Below, piece by piece: positions 50,798 to 59,654 of a DNA stretch of 64,000 bases. Origin of the DNA: an uncultured Nitrospiraceae bacterium (GTDB lineage: Bacteria; Nitrospirota; Thermodesulfovibrionia; Thermodesulfovibrionales; SM23-35); assembly GCA_963727775.1 (NCBI GenBank), contig CAVSHB010000002.1, positions 352,001 through 416,000 of the forward strand, in the 5' to 3' direction. The notes below the pieces were generated by a model. That model was not told where the DNA came from and did not search any database. It saw nothing but the letters and a program-made list of their open reading frames with translations. Position 1 is the first letter of the stretch; every line of letters begins with the position of its first letter. The translations under genes were made by a program, and so were the position numbers.

Positions 50798-51589
50798 ATG
50801 ACCAGAGACGATTTGACTGTTTTGAAAAACCGGTTCTCGACGTATTGCAAATCTTTTTATGCGTCTGACGCCGAGGACCAAAAAAATATCTCTTTGAAAG
50901 AAGAGCATACATTTCATGTATGCAGGAATATAGTTGAAATAGCCGTGGGCTTGTCGCTTAATGATGAGAAAATATTGTTGGCTGAATCAATAGCATTGTT
51001 CCACGATATAGGCAGGTTCCCGCAGTATGCGCAGTACAAAACTTTCAGGGACAGCGTTTCGGTGAATCACGGCCTTCTCGGCGCGGAGACGCTTATTGAA
51101 GAAAAGATGCTGCAAGACCTGTCTTCCAACGAACAGGAGATAATTGTTAAGTCGGTAAAATTTCATAATGCCTTCTCCATATCGAAGACGATGACAAAGG
51201 AAATTGTTTTCTTTCTGAAATTAATAAGGGATGCGGACAAGCTGGACATATGGCGCGTTTTTTTGGAATATTATGAAAGCCCGGACGAGATGAAGGCGTC
51301 GGCGGTCGGTCTCGGTCTGCCGGATTTGCCCGAATATTCAGAGGAAGTCGTCTCCTGCATATTCACGAAAAAGATCGTGTCGCTGTCGATGCTGAAAACC
51401 CTGAATGATTTTAAACTCCTGCAGCTGTCATGGATATTCGACCTGAATTTCGAACCGACCTTTCGATTGTTGCACGGGAGAGATTACATAAACAGGCTCA
51501 CAGCTCATTTGCCTCGGACAGAAAAGATTAACAGTATCTCGGTCTTTTTGCATGACTATGTAAAAAAGAAAATCCCATCTTATTCGTAG
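50798..51589 (+). CDS. HD-domain phosphohydrolase
   Basis: K..HT..V, HDIGRF, H, RDADKLD. Confidence 0.88.
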   Translation: MTRDDLTVLKNRFSTYCKSFYASDAEDQKNISLKEEHTFHVCRNIVEIAVGLSLNDEKILLAESIALFHDIGRFPQYAQYKTFRDSVSVNHGLLGAETLIEEKMLQDLSSNEQEIIVKSVKFHNAFSISKTMTKEIVFFLKLIRDADKLDIWRVFLEYYESPDEMKASAVGLGLPDLPEYSEEVVSCIFTKKIVSLSMLKTLNDFKLLQLSWIFDLNFEPTFRLLHGRDYINRLTAHLPRTEKINSISVFLHDYVKKKIPSYS

Positions 51590-51591
51590 AT

Positions 51592-51627
51592 AAAAAAACC
51601 CTCCTCGTTTCGGAGGAGGGTTTTTTT
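51592..51627. terminator. Bidirectional intrinsic terminator
   Basis: A run, CCCTCCTC/GAGGAGGG stem, T run, between convergent genes. Confidence 0.9.
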
Positions 51628-51647
51628 ATCTCACTGTGTGCTATGAA

Positions 51648-51758
51648 CTATTTTTTCTTATGAGTCGCGCAGAATTTTGATTTCCCGGTTGTGGAGTTCT
51701 TGCAAGCTTTCCCTTCTTTTGTCTTTGCAGAGCATTTCGCTTTCTTTTCTGTTGCCAT
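51648..51758 (-). CDS. 36-aa basic CCCH zinc-finger microprotein (DUF5763-like)
   Basis: MATEKKAKCSAKTKEGKACKNSTTGKSKFCATHKKK; TAAGGAGG RBS; below ORF-track cutoff. Confidence 0.8.
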   Translation of the reverse strand: MATEKKAKCSAKTKEGKACKNSTTGKSKFCATHKKK

Positions 51759-51856
51759 GTCCCCTCCTTAAATTTTATTTAAAAATGTTGAACATCGCTT
51801 AAGTATAACATAATTGCTTTTAAATTAATGATATGAACAATTTTATCTTGTGCGAC

Positions 51857-53299
51857 TCATTTACTTACAAAGGTGCTCGTATCCCAGTGTTTCCATTTCA
51901 GGTACTCGTTTATTGCCTTAGCCGCCTTTCTCCCTGCGCCCATCGCAAGGATAACAGTCGCGGAGCCCGTGAGTATATCACCGCCTGCAAAGACGCCCTT
52001 CTTCGAGGTCATGCCGGTCTCTTCATCGGCCACGATATATCCCCTTTTATTCAGTAATAAATCGGGCACTGTTTTCGTCAGCAATGGGTTTGACCTTGTG
52101 CCGATGGCCGGTATTGCAACGTCTATCCCGATCCGGAATTCGCTGCCGTTAACAGGGACCGGCTTTCTCCTGCCCGATTGATCAGGTTCTCCCAACTCCA
52201 TCTTTTCGCATTCAACCTCGCAGACATTCCCCTTGCCGTCATCTATAAACCGCAGAGGGTTTGTCAGCAGCATGAATTCAATGCCTTCTTCATGCGCGTG
52301 ATGGATCTCCGCTTTTCGCGCAGGCATCTCGGCCTGTGAGCGCCGGTAGACGAGATACACCTTCTCCGCGCCGAGCCGCAATGCAACTCTCGCCGCATCC
52401 ATCGCAACATTGCCGCCACCGAAGACCGCAACGTTTTTGCCTTTTTTTATCGGCGTATCATACTCCGGGAAAAGATACGCCTTCATAAGGTTGGCGCGGG
52501 TGAGGAATTCATTTGCGGAATAAATGCCGTTAAGGTTCTCTCCGGGTATACCCATGAACATAGGCAGCCCAGCTCCGGTGGCGATGAAGCATGCGTCATA
52601 TCCATTGTCATTGAATAGTTCATCGACGGTGTGGAGTTTCCCGATTACCGAGTTCAGCTTCAACTCAACCCCGAGTTTCTCTATGTACTCAACTTCTTTT
52701 TCCACTATTACTTTCGGCAGCCTGAATTCAGGTATGCCGTAAATCAATACCCCTCCGGGTTTGTGCAATGCTTCGAATAATGTAACTTGATGTCCATCCC
52801 GTATCAGATCAGCGGCGCAGGCCAACCCGCCGGGACCCGAACCGATTATGGCGACCTTCCTGCCGGTCTGTTTCGGTCTCCCCGGGATCTGCACATCCCC
52901 CTGCTCCCTCTCATAGTCTGCGACAAAACGTTCAAGATTCCCTATCGCGACCGGTTCTCCTTTTTTGCCGAGGATACAGAGAGATTCACACTGTATCTCC
53001 TGTGGGCATACCCTGCCGCAGACAGAAGGGAATGCGTTGTCTTCTTTTATCTTCCAGGCAGCTTCTATAAATTTTCCTTCTTTCACTAATTTTATAAATG
53101 AAGGGATATCCACCGATACAGGACATCCGCTTCTGCATGAAGGTTTTAAACAGCTGAGACATCTCGACGCCTCTTCGACGGCCTCGTCGCGGGTATATCC
53201 ATAGGGGACTTCCATGAAATTCCTCGCCCTTGCCAACGGCTCCTGTTCCCTCATCTTTATTCTGTTTTTGGGTTGTTTGGCGGACTTTTTTTCTTCCAT
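51857..53299 (-). CDS. nfnB: NfnB/SudA: large subunit of electron-bifurcating transhydrogenase (GltD-like)
   Basis: RCL.C..P.C..GCP, CGRVCPQE.QCE..C, GSGPGG, GGGNVAMD, YRRS, GGD..TG.ATV. Confidence 0.88.
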   Translation of the reverse strand: MEEKKSAKQPKNRIKMREQEPLARARNFMEVPYGYTRDEAVEEASRCLSCLKPSCRSGCPVSVDIPSFIKLVKEGKFIEAAWKIKEDNAFPSVCGRVCPQEIQCESLCILGKKGEPVAIGNLERFVADYEREQGDVQIPGRPKQTGRKVAIIGSGPGGLACAADLIRDGHQVTLFEALHKPGGVLIYGIPEFRLPKVIVEKEVEYIEKLGVELKLNSVIGKLHTVDELFNDNGYDACFIATGAGLPMFMGIPGENLNGIYSANEFLTRANLMKAYLFPEYDTPIKKGKNVAVFGGGNVAMDAARVALRLGAEKVYLVYRRSQAEMPARKAEIHHAHEEGIEFMLLTNPLRFIDDGKGNVCEVECEKMELGEPDQSGRRKPVPVNGSEFRIGIDVAIPAIGTRSNPLLTKTVPDLLLNKRGYIVADEETGMTSKKGVFAGGDILTGSATVILAMGAGRKAAKAINEYLKWKHWDTSTFVSK

Positions 53300-54135
53300 T
53301 ATTTGGCCCCCGTCTTTTCCTTGTACCGATCGAAGGCTATTTTTTCCTCCTCGATATACATCCTCTGTCGCGACATGAGCAAATTAAAATCAACTTTGTG
53401 CCCGTCAAATTCGGGGCCGTCAACACACGCAAACTTTGTCTCTCCGCCTACTTCCACCCTGCATGCGCCGCACATGCCTGTCGCATCCACCATGATTGAA
53501 TTCAGGCTGACGACGGTTTTTGCACTGTGCTTCTCTGTTGTCACGCACACAAATTTCATCATGATGGCGGGACCTATCGCGTAAACCAGTCCGATGCCTT
53601 TTTCTTCTTTGAGAAGTTCATCCAGCGGAACGGTCACTACCGCCTTCCTGCCGTAAGAGCCGTCATCCGTTACAATGATCAGTTCATCCGACACCTTGCG
53701 CATCTTGTCTTCCCAGAAGATGAGGTCTTTCGTCCTCGCGCCGATGATCGAATAAACCGTATTGCCTGCTTCTTTGAGAGCCCTCGCAATCGGATATGTG
53801 GGAGCTATCCCGACACCGCCGCCGACACAGATTACCTTCCCGAAATTATCTATGTGAGAGGGCATTCCGAGCGGCCCGATAACATCTAATATATGATCGC
53901 CTTCATTTAATGTCCCCAGGTGATGGGTCGTCTTTCCCATTTTCTGAAAAACTGTCGAAATCGTGCCTTTGTCCCTGTCGAAATCGGCGATTGTCAAAGG
54001 TATCCTTTCGCCCTGCTCATGGATCCTCAAAGTGAAAAAATTACCCGCCTTTGCTTTTTTTGCGATATCCCTTGCTTCGATTTCAAATAATGTGACTAAA
54101 TCCGATAACTCCTGTTTCCTTAAGATTTTAAACAT
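53299..54135 (-). CDS. nfnA: NfnA/SudB: small FAD/[2Fe-2S] subunit
   Basis: GERIPLTI, GPLG, GGGVG, TDDGS, D.TGMCG.CRV, CVDGPEF. Confidence 0.88.
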   Translation of the reverse strand: MFKILRKQELSDLVTLFEIEARDIAKKAKAGNFFTLRIHEQGERIPLTIADFDRDKGTISTVFQKMGKTTHHLGTLNEGDHILDVIGPLGMPSHIDNFGKVICVGGGVGIAPTYPIARALKEAGNTVYSIIGARTKDLIFWEDKMRKVSDELIIVTDDGSYGRKAVVTVPLDELLKEEKGIGLVYAIGPAIMMKFVCVTTEKHSAKTVVSLNSIMVDATGMCGACRVEVGGETKFACVDGPEFDGHKVDFNLLMSRQRMYIEEEKIAFDRYKEKTGAK

Positions 54136-54247
54136 CAAAAGCTCCTTCCTTTTTATAGATAATGGACGGTATCACATATTATATACACTTTAAAGCCGGA
54201 CTATTTTTTTAAAAAACAAAAAACTTTTCCGTAAACCCATTTTTTAC

Positions 54248-54277
54248 TTGACAAGAGTCTTCGCTTTTCAGTATAAC
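54248..54277 (+). promoter_or_regulatory. Sigma-70 promoter of the nuo operon
   Basis: TTGACA, 18 nt, TATAAC; ATG 10 nt downstream without Shine-Dalgarno. Confidence 0.65.
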
Positions 54278-54287
54278 ATTTCTGCTT

Positions 54288-54659
54288 ATGCCAGGAACGT
54301 ATTTACCATTAGACTATTTGCCGGTTTTTATTTTCATCGTTATCGCGATGGCCTTCGGATTCGGCGCTCTTCTTCTCGGCATGATCTTCAGGCCGAAAAA
54401 ACCATACTATGAAAAGCTCATGCCCTATGAATCCGGCATCACCCCGACGGGAGAACCCCGCTACAAATTTTCGATAAGGTTTTATATCATCGCCATGCTG
54501 TTTGTCGTATTCGATGTGGAAGCAATTTTTCTTTATCCCTGGGCAATAGTATTCGACAAAATCGGAATGTATGCATTTGTAGAAATGGTGCTTTTTATCG
54601 CAGTACTGCTGGTCGGATATCTTTATGCCTGGAAGAAAGAGGCCTTTGAATGGGATTGA
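54288..54659 (+). CDS. nuoA: Complex I subunit A
   Basis: K..PYESG, FVVFDVE..FLYPW. Confidence 0.96.
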   Translation: MPGTYLPLDYLPVFIFIVIAMAFGFGALLLGMIFRPKKPYYEKLMPYESGITPTGEPRYKFSIRFYIIAMLFVVFDVEAIFLYPWAIVFDKIGMYAFVEMVLFIAVLLVGYLYAWKKEAFEWD

Positions 54660-54675
54660 AAATGAGAGGTGGAAA

Positions 54676-55194
54676 ATGATCGATACATCAGCCATGGGAC
54701 TTATTCAGGTAGAACCGGACGTAAAAATATTGCCCCCGAATATCATCATCACCTCCTTTGACAAGATTATTAATTGGGGAAGGTTGTCTTCAATGTGGCC
54801 GACCACTTTCGGTCTCGCCTGCTGCGCGATAGAGATGATGGCGGCAGGCGCAGCCCATAATGATTTAGACCGGTTTGGGATCATTTTCAGAGGTTCGCCG
54901 AGACAGGCGGACTGCGTGATTGTAGCAGGTACCGTCACAAAGAAAATGGCCCCCGTAGTCAGAAGGGTCTATGACCAGATCCCGGAACCGCGGTATGTGA
55001 TAGCGATGGGAAGCTGCGCGTGCACGGGAGGGGTTTTCAAAACTTACAGTACTGTCCAGGGATGTGATTCTTTCCTTCCCGTTGACGTATATGTACCCGG
55101 TTGTCCCCCGAGGCCTGAGACATTGCTTGAGGGGTTGATAATGCTTCAGGAAAAGATCAGAAAAGAAAAGGCAAGGTGGAGTCCATGGCGGTAA
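54676..55194 (+). CDS. nuoB: Complex I subunit B
   Basis: [29 protein letters not shown]; start uncertain. Confidence 0.96.
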   Translation: MIDTSAMGLIQVEPDVKILPPNIIITSFDKIINWGRLSSMWPTTFGLACCAIEMMAAGAAHNDLDRFGIIFRGSPRQADCVIVAGTVTKKMAPVVRRVYDQIPEPRYVIAMGSCACTGGVFKTYSTVQGCDSFLPVDVYVPGCPPRPETLLEGLIMLQEKIRKEKARWSPWR

Positions 55195-55766
55195 CGGAAG
55201 TAAGAATTTCGATATTTCCCGCAGGGCTGAACCCGAAAGATATAGCAGAAAAGGTGAAGGAAAAATTTCCGGAACAGGTGGTCGATGTCGCCGAATTCAG
55301 AGATCAGGTCTCTATTATCGTTAAAAAGGACCAGATAGTCCCGATCCTGAAATATCTCCACGATGACCCCCTTTTGAGCCTGGACCATCTCCAGGACCTT
55401 ACCGCTGTTGATTATCTCAAGAAAAAAGATGTCAGGTTCGAGGTTGTCTATAACCTTTATTCAATGAGATATCGCCATCAAATACGCATCAGAGCGCAAG
55501 TGGCGGAAAACGATCCAAAAATTGGCTCCGTGGTTCCTATTTGGGCCGGCGCCGATTGGCACGAAAGAGAATGTTACGACATGTTCGGCATCGTGTTTAA
55601 CGGACATCCCGATCTGAGGAGAATCCTGCTGCCCGAAGACTGGGAAGGACATCCCTTGAGAAAAGATTATCCTTTGGCGGGACCTGAACTTGAAAAAGAT
55701 TGGCCGGGGTTTGTTGATGTGCTCAAGAGATCAAAAGAATTGAGAGAGTTTGAGTGGGATGGATAA
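55176..55766 (+). CDS. nuoC: Complex I subunit C
   Basis: [29 protein letters not shown]. Confidence 0.96.
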   Translation: MESMAVTEVRISIFPAGLNPKDIAEKVKEKFPEQVVDVAEFRDQVSIIVKKDQIVPILKYLHDDPLLSLDHLQDLTAVDYLKKKDVRFEVVYNLYSMRYRHQIRIRAQVAENDPKIGSVVPIWAGADWHERECYDMFGIVFNGHPDLRRILLPEDWEGHPLRKDYPLAGPELEKDWPGFVDVLKRSKELREFEWDG

Positions 55767-57234
55767 GATGATCCAGAAAGAAGCAGAGAAGATATTCGAG
55801 ACAAGAGAACTTAATGTAAACATGGGGCCGCAGCACCCTGCAACACATGGTGTTTTGAGGCTTGTTCTTGATATAGACGGCGAGACAATCGTCAAGGTAA
55901 CTCCCCATATCGGATATCTCCACCGCGGCATCGAAAAGCTCGGGGAGAGCTTGAGTTATTTTCAGGCCCTTCCGTTGACGGACAGAATGGATTATGTGTC
56001 CGCGATGTCGAATAACATCGGCTATTGCGTTGCCGTTGAAAAACTGTTTGGTATAGAGGCCCCCGAGAGGGCAAAGTTCATAAGGACGATAGTAGGAGAG
56101 ATGTCGAGGATATCGAACCATCTCCTTTGGCTTGCGACCCATGCCCTTGATATCGGCGCCATGACCGTATTTATCTACTGCTTCAGGGAGAGAGAATGGA
56201 TCCTCGACCTGTACGAGATGATCTGCGGTGCGAGGCTTACCGTCACCTACCCGAGGGTAGGCGGCGTGAGGAACGATGTCCCGCAGGAATTTCTTGACAG
56301 CCTATGGAAATTTACGGACGAGTTCCCGTCAAGAATTCTGGAATACGAGACACTGATCGATCAGAACAGGATATGGCTACAGAGGACCGTGGGTATCGGG
56401 GTGATTTCAGCGGAAGAAGCGGTGAACTGGGGAATGACGGGACCGACGCTAAGAGGGTCCGGTGTTTCCTATGACATAAGAAAGCACATGCCCTATGACG
56501 CGTATGACAAGGTTGATTTTGAGGTGCCGATCGGTACCACGGGTGATACATACGACAGATACCGGTGCAGGATGCTCGAGATGAGGCAGTCGAACAGCAT
56601 ATTAAGGCAGTGCATCGAAAAGCTGCCGACGGGTCCGGTCATGGCCGATGCCCCGAAATTCACCCTTCAACCGAAAGATATGATGATGCCGATCACGCAT
56701 CCTACGAAAGAGTTGGCATATGTGATCGAGGAAAAGGTCTGCAAGGGGTGCGGCATGTGTATGAGAGCGTGTCCCGCAAAGGCGATCTTCGGAGAGAAGA
56801 AGAAACCCCATGAGATAAAGCAGGATCTCTGCCTGCAGTGCGGAAACTGTTTTGTGACCTGCAAGTTCAAGGCATTAAAGCTTATCCCCGGCGGCAAGGG
56901 CATGAGCGAAGAGCAGCTCAAGGAATTGGCCGCAGGTCCGATGCCGGAGGAGATCACGAAAGCCGCAGAATATATGGTTAAGCACTTCGAATTCGTGAAG
57001 AAAGGACCGAAAGTCCCGGAAGGGGAACTGTATGTGGCAACCGAGGTCCCCAAGGGCGAACTCGGGTTTTATTTTGTGAGTGACGGTTCGGGAAAACCTT
57101 TCAGGATGAGGTTAAGAGCACCGTCGTTTGTGCATGCCGGCGTTCTGCCGAGACTGTGCAAGGGGCATCTGGTTGCGGACGTAATCGCAAACATCGGTAC
57201 CATCGATATCGTGCTTGGAGAGTGTGACAGATAA
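55759..57234 (+). CDS. nuoD: Complex I subunit D with inserted 2x[4Fe-4S] domain
   Basis: [43 protein letters not shown]; insert [12 protein letters not shown] / [12 protein letters not shown]; start uncertain. Confidence 0.96.
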   Translation: MDKMIQKEAEKIFETRELNVNMGPQHPATHGVLRLVLDIDGETIVKVTPHIGYLHRGIEKLGESLSYFQALPLTDRMDYVSAMSNNIGYCVAVEKLFGIEAPERAKFIRTIVGEMSRISNHLLWLATHALDIGAMTVFIYCFREREWILDLYEMICGARLTVTYPRVGGVRNDVPQEFLDSLWKFTDEFPSRILEYETLIDQNRIWLQRTVGIGVISAEEAVNWGMTGPTLRGSGVSYDIRKHMPYDAYDKVDFEVPIGTTGDTYDRYRCRMLEMRQSNSILRQCIEKLPTGPVMADAPKFTLQPKDMMMPITHPTKELAYVIEEKVCKGCGMCMRACPAKAIFGEKKKPHEIKQDLCLQCGNCFVTCKFKALKLIPGGKGMSEEQLKELAAGPMPEEITKAAEYMVKHFEFVKKGPKVPEGELYVATEVPKGELGFYFVSDGSGKPFRMRLRAPSFVHAGVLPRLCKGHLVADVIANIGTIDIVLGECDR

Positions 57235-58298
57235 TGAATACACTTACTAATATCATATCTCCCTCGACTCTTGATGTTTTAATCAAATTTGGAATTAACG
57301 TATTAATCATTATTCTTAAGATAGTAATTGTTCTTGCGGTCGGGTTGCTCCACGTGGCTTACGCAACATATTTCGAACGTAAGGTCATCGGCCATATGCA
57401 GGTGAGGCTCGGACCTATGAGAGTCGGATGGCACGGTCTTCTTCAGCCTTTTGCGGACGGTATCAAGTTGTTTTTCAAGGAAGACATAATCCCTGCGCAG
57501 GCCGATAAAGCCGTATTCTACATTGCTCCGATCATTTTTATGGCAGCGGCAATGGTGAATCTTTCTTTTATCCCATTCGCTTCTAATTTTGCAGTTGCCC
57601 CAAACGTAAATATAGGCCTCTTGATGGTATTCGCCTTTGCCGGTATGGGCGTCTATGGCATATTCATATCCGGCTGGGCATCGAATTCCAAGTACTCTTT
57701 CCTCGGCGGGCTCAGGTCATCTGCTCAGGTGATAAGTTATGAGATCGCAATGGGACTGAGCCTCGTCGGTGTTATGATCATGTCCGGGTCCCTGAACCTT
57801 ACGGAGATCGTAAAGGCCCAGGAGGCATCCGTCTTCGGAATGTACGCGATACCTCAGATCGCCGCTTTCCTCGTGTTTACTATTGCGGCCTTAGCAGAGA
57901 CGAACAGGACGCCTTTTGACATGCCCGAGGCGGAGAGCGAGCTTGTTGCCGGCTACTTTACGGAGTACAGCAGTTTCAGGTTTGCACTTTTCTTCCTCGG
58001 TGAATATATCGCAATGATTATTATGGCTTCTCTGGCAACGGTATGTTTCCTGGGAGGTTGGACGTTGCCGTGGTATATCACATCGGTACTTCCCTTCTTA
58101 AAGCTGGTACCCGGTATTGTATGGTTCCTCATGAAGGTCTATGCCTTCATATTCTTCTATTACTGGATTAGGGCAACGGTGCCGAGATACAGATACGACC
58201 AGGTGATGAAGATCGGCTGGAAAGTACTAATACCGGTCGCATTGGCGAATATTGTGGTAACGGCCCTAGTGAAAATTTTGATGACAAAGGGAGTCTAA
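57234..58298 (+). CDS. nuoH: Complex I subunit H
   Basis: ERK..G.MQ.R.GP, AETNRTPFD.PEAESELVAG, PRYRYDQ. Confidence 0.97.
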   Translation: MNTLTNIISPSTLDVLIKFGINVLIIILKIVIVLAVGLLHVAYATYFERKVIGHMQVRLGPMRVGWHGLLQPFADGIKLFFKEDIIPAQADKAVFYIAPIIFMAAAMVNLSFIPFASNFAVAPNVNIGLLMVFAFAGMGVYGIFISGWASNSKYSFLGGLRSSAQVISYEIAMGLSLVGVMIMSGSLNLTEIVKAQEASVFGMYAIPQIAAFLVFTIAALAETNRTPFDMPEAESELVAGYFTEYSSFRFALFFLGEYIAMIIMASLATVCFLGGWTLPWYITSVLPFLKLVPGIVWFLMKVYAFIFFYYWIRATVPRYRYDQVMKIGWKVLIPVALANIVVTALVKILMTKGV

Positions 58299-58299
58299 G

Positions 58300-58830
58300 G
58301 TGACTGTCAGGGAAATTATCAAAAGGTTTACTTTCATAGAAATATTTCAGGGTATGGCCCTTACCTTGAAAATGATGTTCACTCACGCAGTTACTGTACA
58401 GTATCCCAAGGAAAGAAGGACCATAGCTCCCGGTTTCAGAGGGCAGCATGCACTTGCAAAGAATAAGGAAGGGAAAGCAAAATGCACCGGCTGTGGTCTC
58501 TGTGCGACGATTTGTCCGTCGCAATGCATTAAGGTCACAAGAGCCGAAGGAAGGGTGGCAAATTACGAATTGGACATATTGAGATGCATCTACTGCGGCT
58601 TCTGCGTAGAGGCTTGTCCGTATGGGGCGATCTCGCTGACCGAAAGCTACGAATACTCCGTGTATAAAAGAGAGGATCTGCTTCTGACAAAGGATAAGCT
58701 ATTAGCCAATTGGGATGAATTTATGCCTGGAAGTAAGGGGGATGTGTATTTCAGGAAATTCTGGCGACCAATGTCTGAGGATTTCGGTACTCCTCCGGGC
58801 CAGGCGGTCTTTAGAGGGAAAAAGGAATGA
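58300..58830 (+). CDS. nuoI: Complex I subunit I
   Basis: T.QYP.E, FRG, CTGCGLCATICP, CIYCGFCVEACP. Confidence 0.96.
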   Translation: MTVREIIKRFTFIEIFQGMALTLKMMFTHAVTVQYPKERRTIAPGFRGQHALAKNKEGKAKCTGCGLCATICPSQCIKVTRAEGRVANYELDILRCIYCGFCVEACPYGAISLTESYEYSVYKREDLLLTKDKLLANWDEFMPGSKGDVYFRKFWRPMSEDFGTPPGQAVFRGKKE

Positions 58831-59339
58831 TTCAGGAATTATCCTTCGGATATTTTGCATTTGCGATAGTGGTGCTTTCCATTCTCGTTATTACAAGGAG
58901 GAACCCAGTCCACAGCGTGCTCTGGATGCTGCTGCTCTTTTTCCATATCGCGAGCTTGTATCTTTTCCTGAACGCAGAGTTTATGGCTGCGATTCAGGTT
59001 ATTGTATATGCGGGCGGCATACTTGTATTGTTCCTTTTTGTAGTGTTGCTGATTAACCTCAGGGAAGAAGTTGGAATAAGCAATTTTATCAGCGCTGCCC
59101 CGACAGGGTTCACCTTTGCAGTCGGGCTCCTGGTTGTGATTACTATGTCCCTCAAATCATTTGTCGCAGCGCCTCCGGGTATTTATTCGATTGAAATGAT
59201 CAAGAAAGAAACCAATATAAAGGCCTTGGGGAAGTTATTATATACGGATTATCTCTACCCGTTTGAGGTCGCGTCATTGATCCTTCTGGTGGCAATCATA
59301 GGCGCTATAGTCCTTGCAAAAAGGAGGCTTAAGAGTTAA
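58827..59339 (+). CDS. nuoJ: Complex I subunit J
   Basis: RNPVHS, QVIVYAG.I.VLFLFV, PFE..S..LL. Confidence 0.95.
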   Translation: MIQELSFGYFAFAIVVLSILVITRRNPVHSVLWMLLLFFHIASLYLFLNAEFMAAIQVIVYAGGILVLFLFVVLLINLREEVGISNFISAAPTGFTFAVGLLVVITMSLKSFVAAPPGIYSIEMIKKETNIKALGKLLYTDYLYPFEVASLILLVAIIGAIVLAKRRLKS

Positions 59340-59341
59340 GC

Positions 59342-59644
59342 ATGGTCCCATTAAGCTGGTATATGACGCTCAGTACGGCAGTATTCGCGATCGGAGTCTT
59401 CGGATTCCTTTCGAGGAAAAATATTATTATCATGTTTATGTCCATAGAGCTGATGCTCAACGCTGTCAATATCAACCTGATAGCTCTTAGCCATTACCTC
59501 CAGGACCTGAGGGGACAGATACTGGCTCTCTTCGTTATCGCTGTGGCTGCCTCTGAAGCTGCGATAGGCCTTGCGATAGTCATAGCCTTATTCAGAAACA
59601 AGCCCACCGCTCATGTGGACGAGGTGAAGGAGATGCAGGGATGA
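59342..59644 (+). CDS. nuoK: Complex I subunit K
   Basis: SIELMLNA, VAA.EAAIGLA. Confidence 0.96.
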   Translation: MVPLSWYMTLSTAVFAIGVFGFLSRKNIIIMFMSIELMLNAVNINLIALSHYLQDLRGQILALFVIAVAASEAAIGLAIVIALFRNKPTAHVDEVKEMQG

Positions 59645-59654
59645 GGAGCAATTT

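Noticed and set aside
51857..53299. Glutamate synthase small subunit gltD
   Set aside because: Paired with an NfnA-like gene and no gltB nearby, so NfnAB fits better
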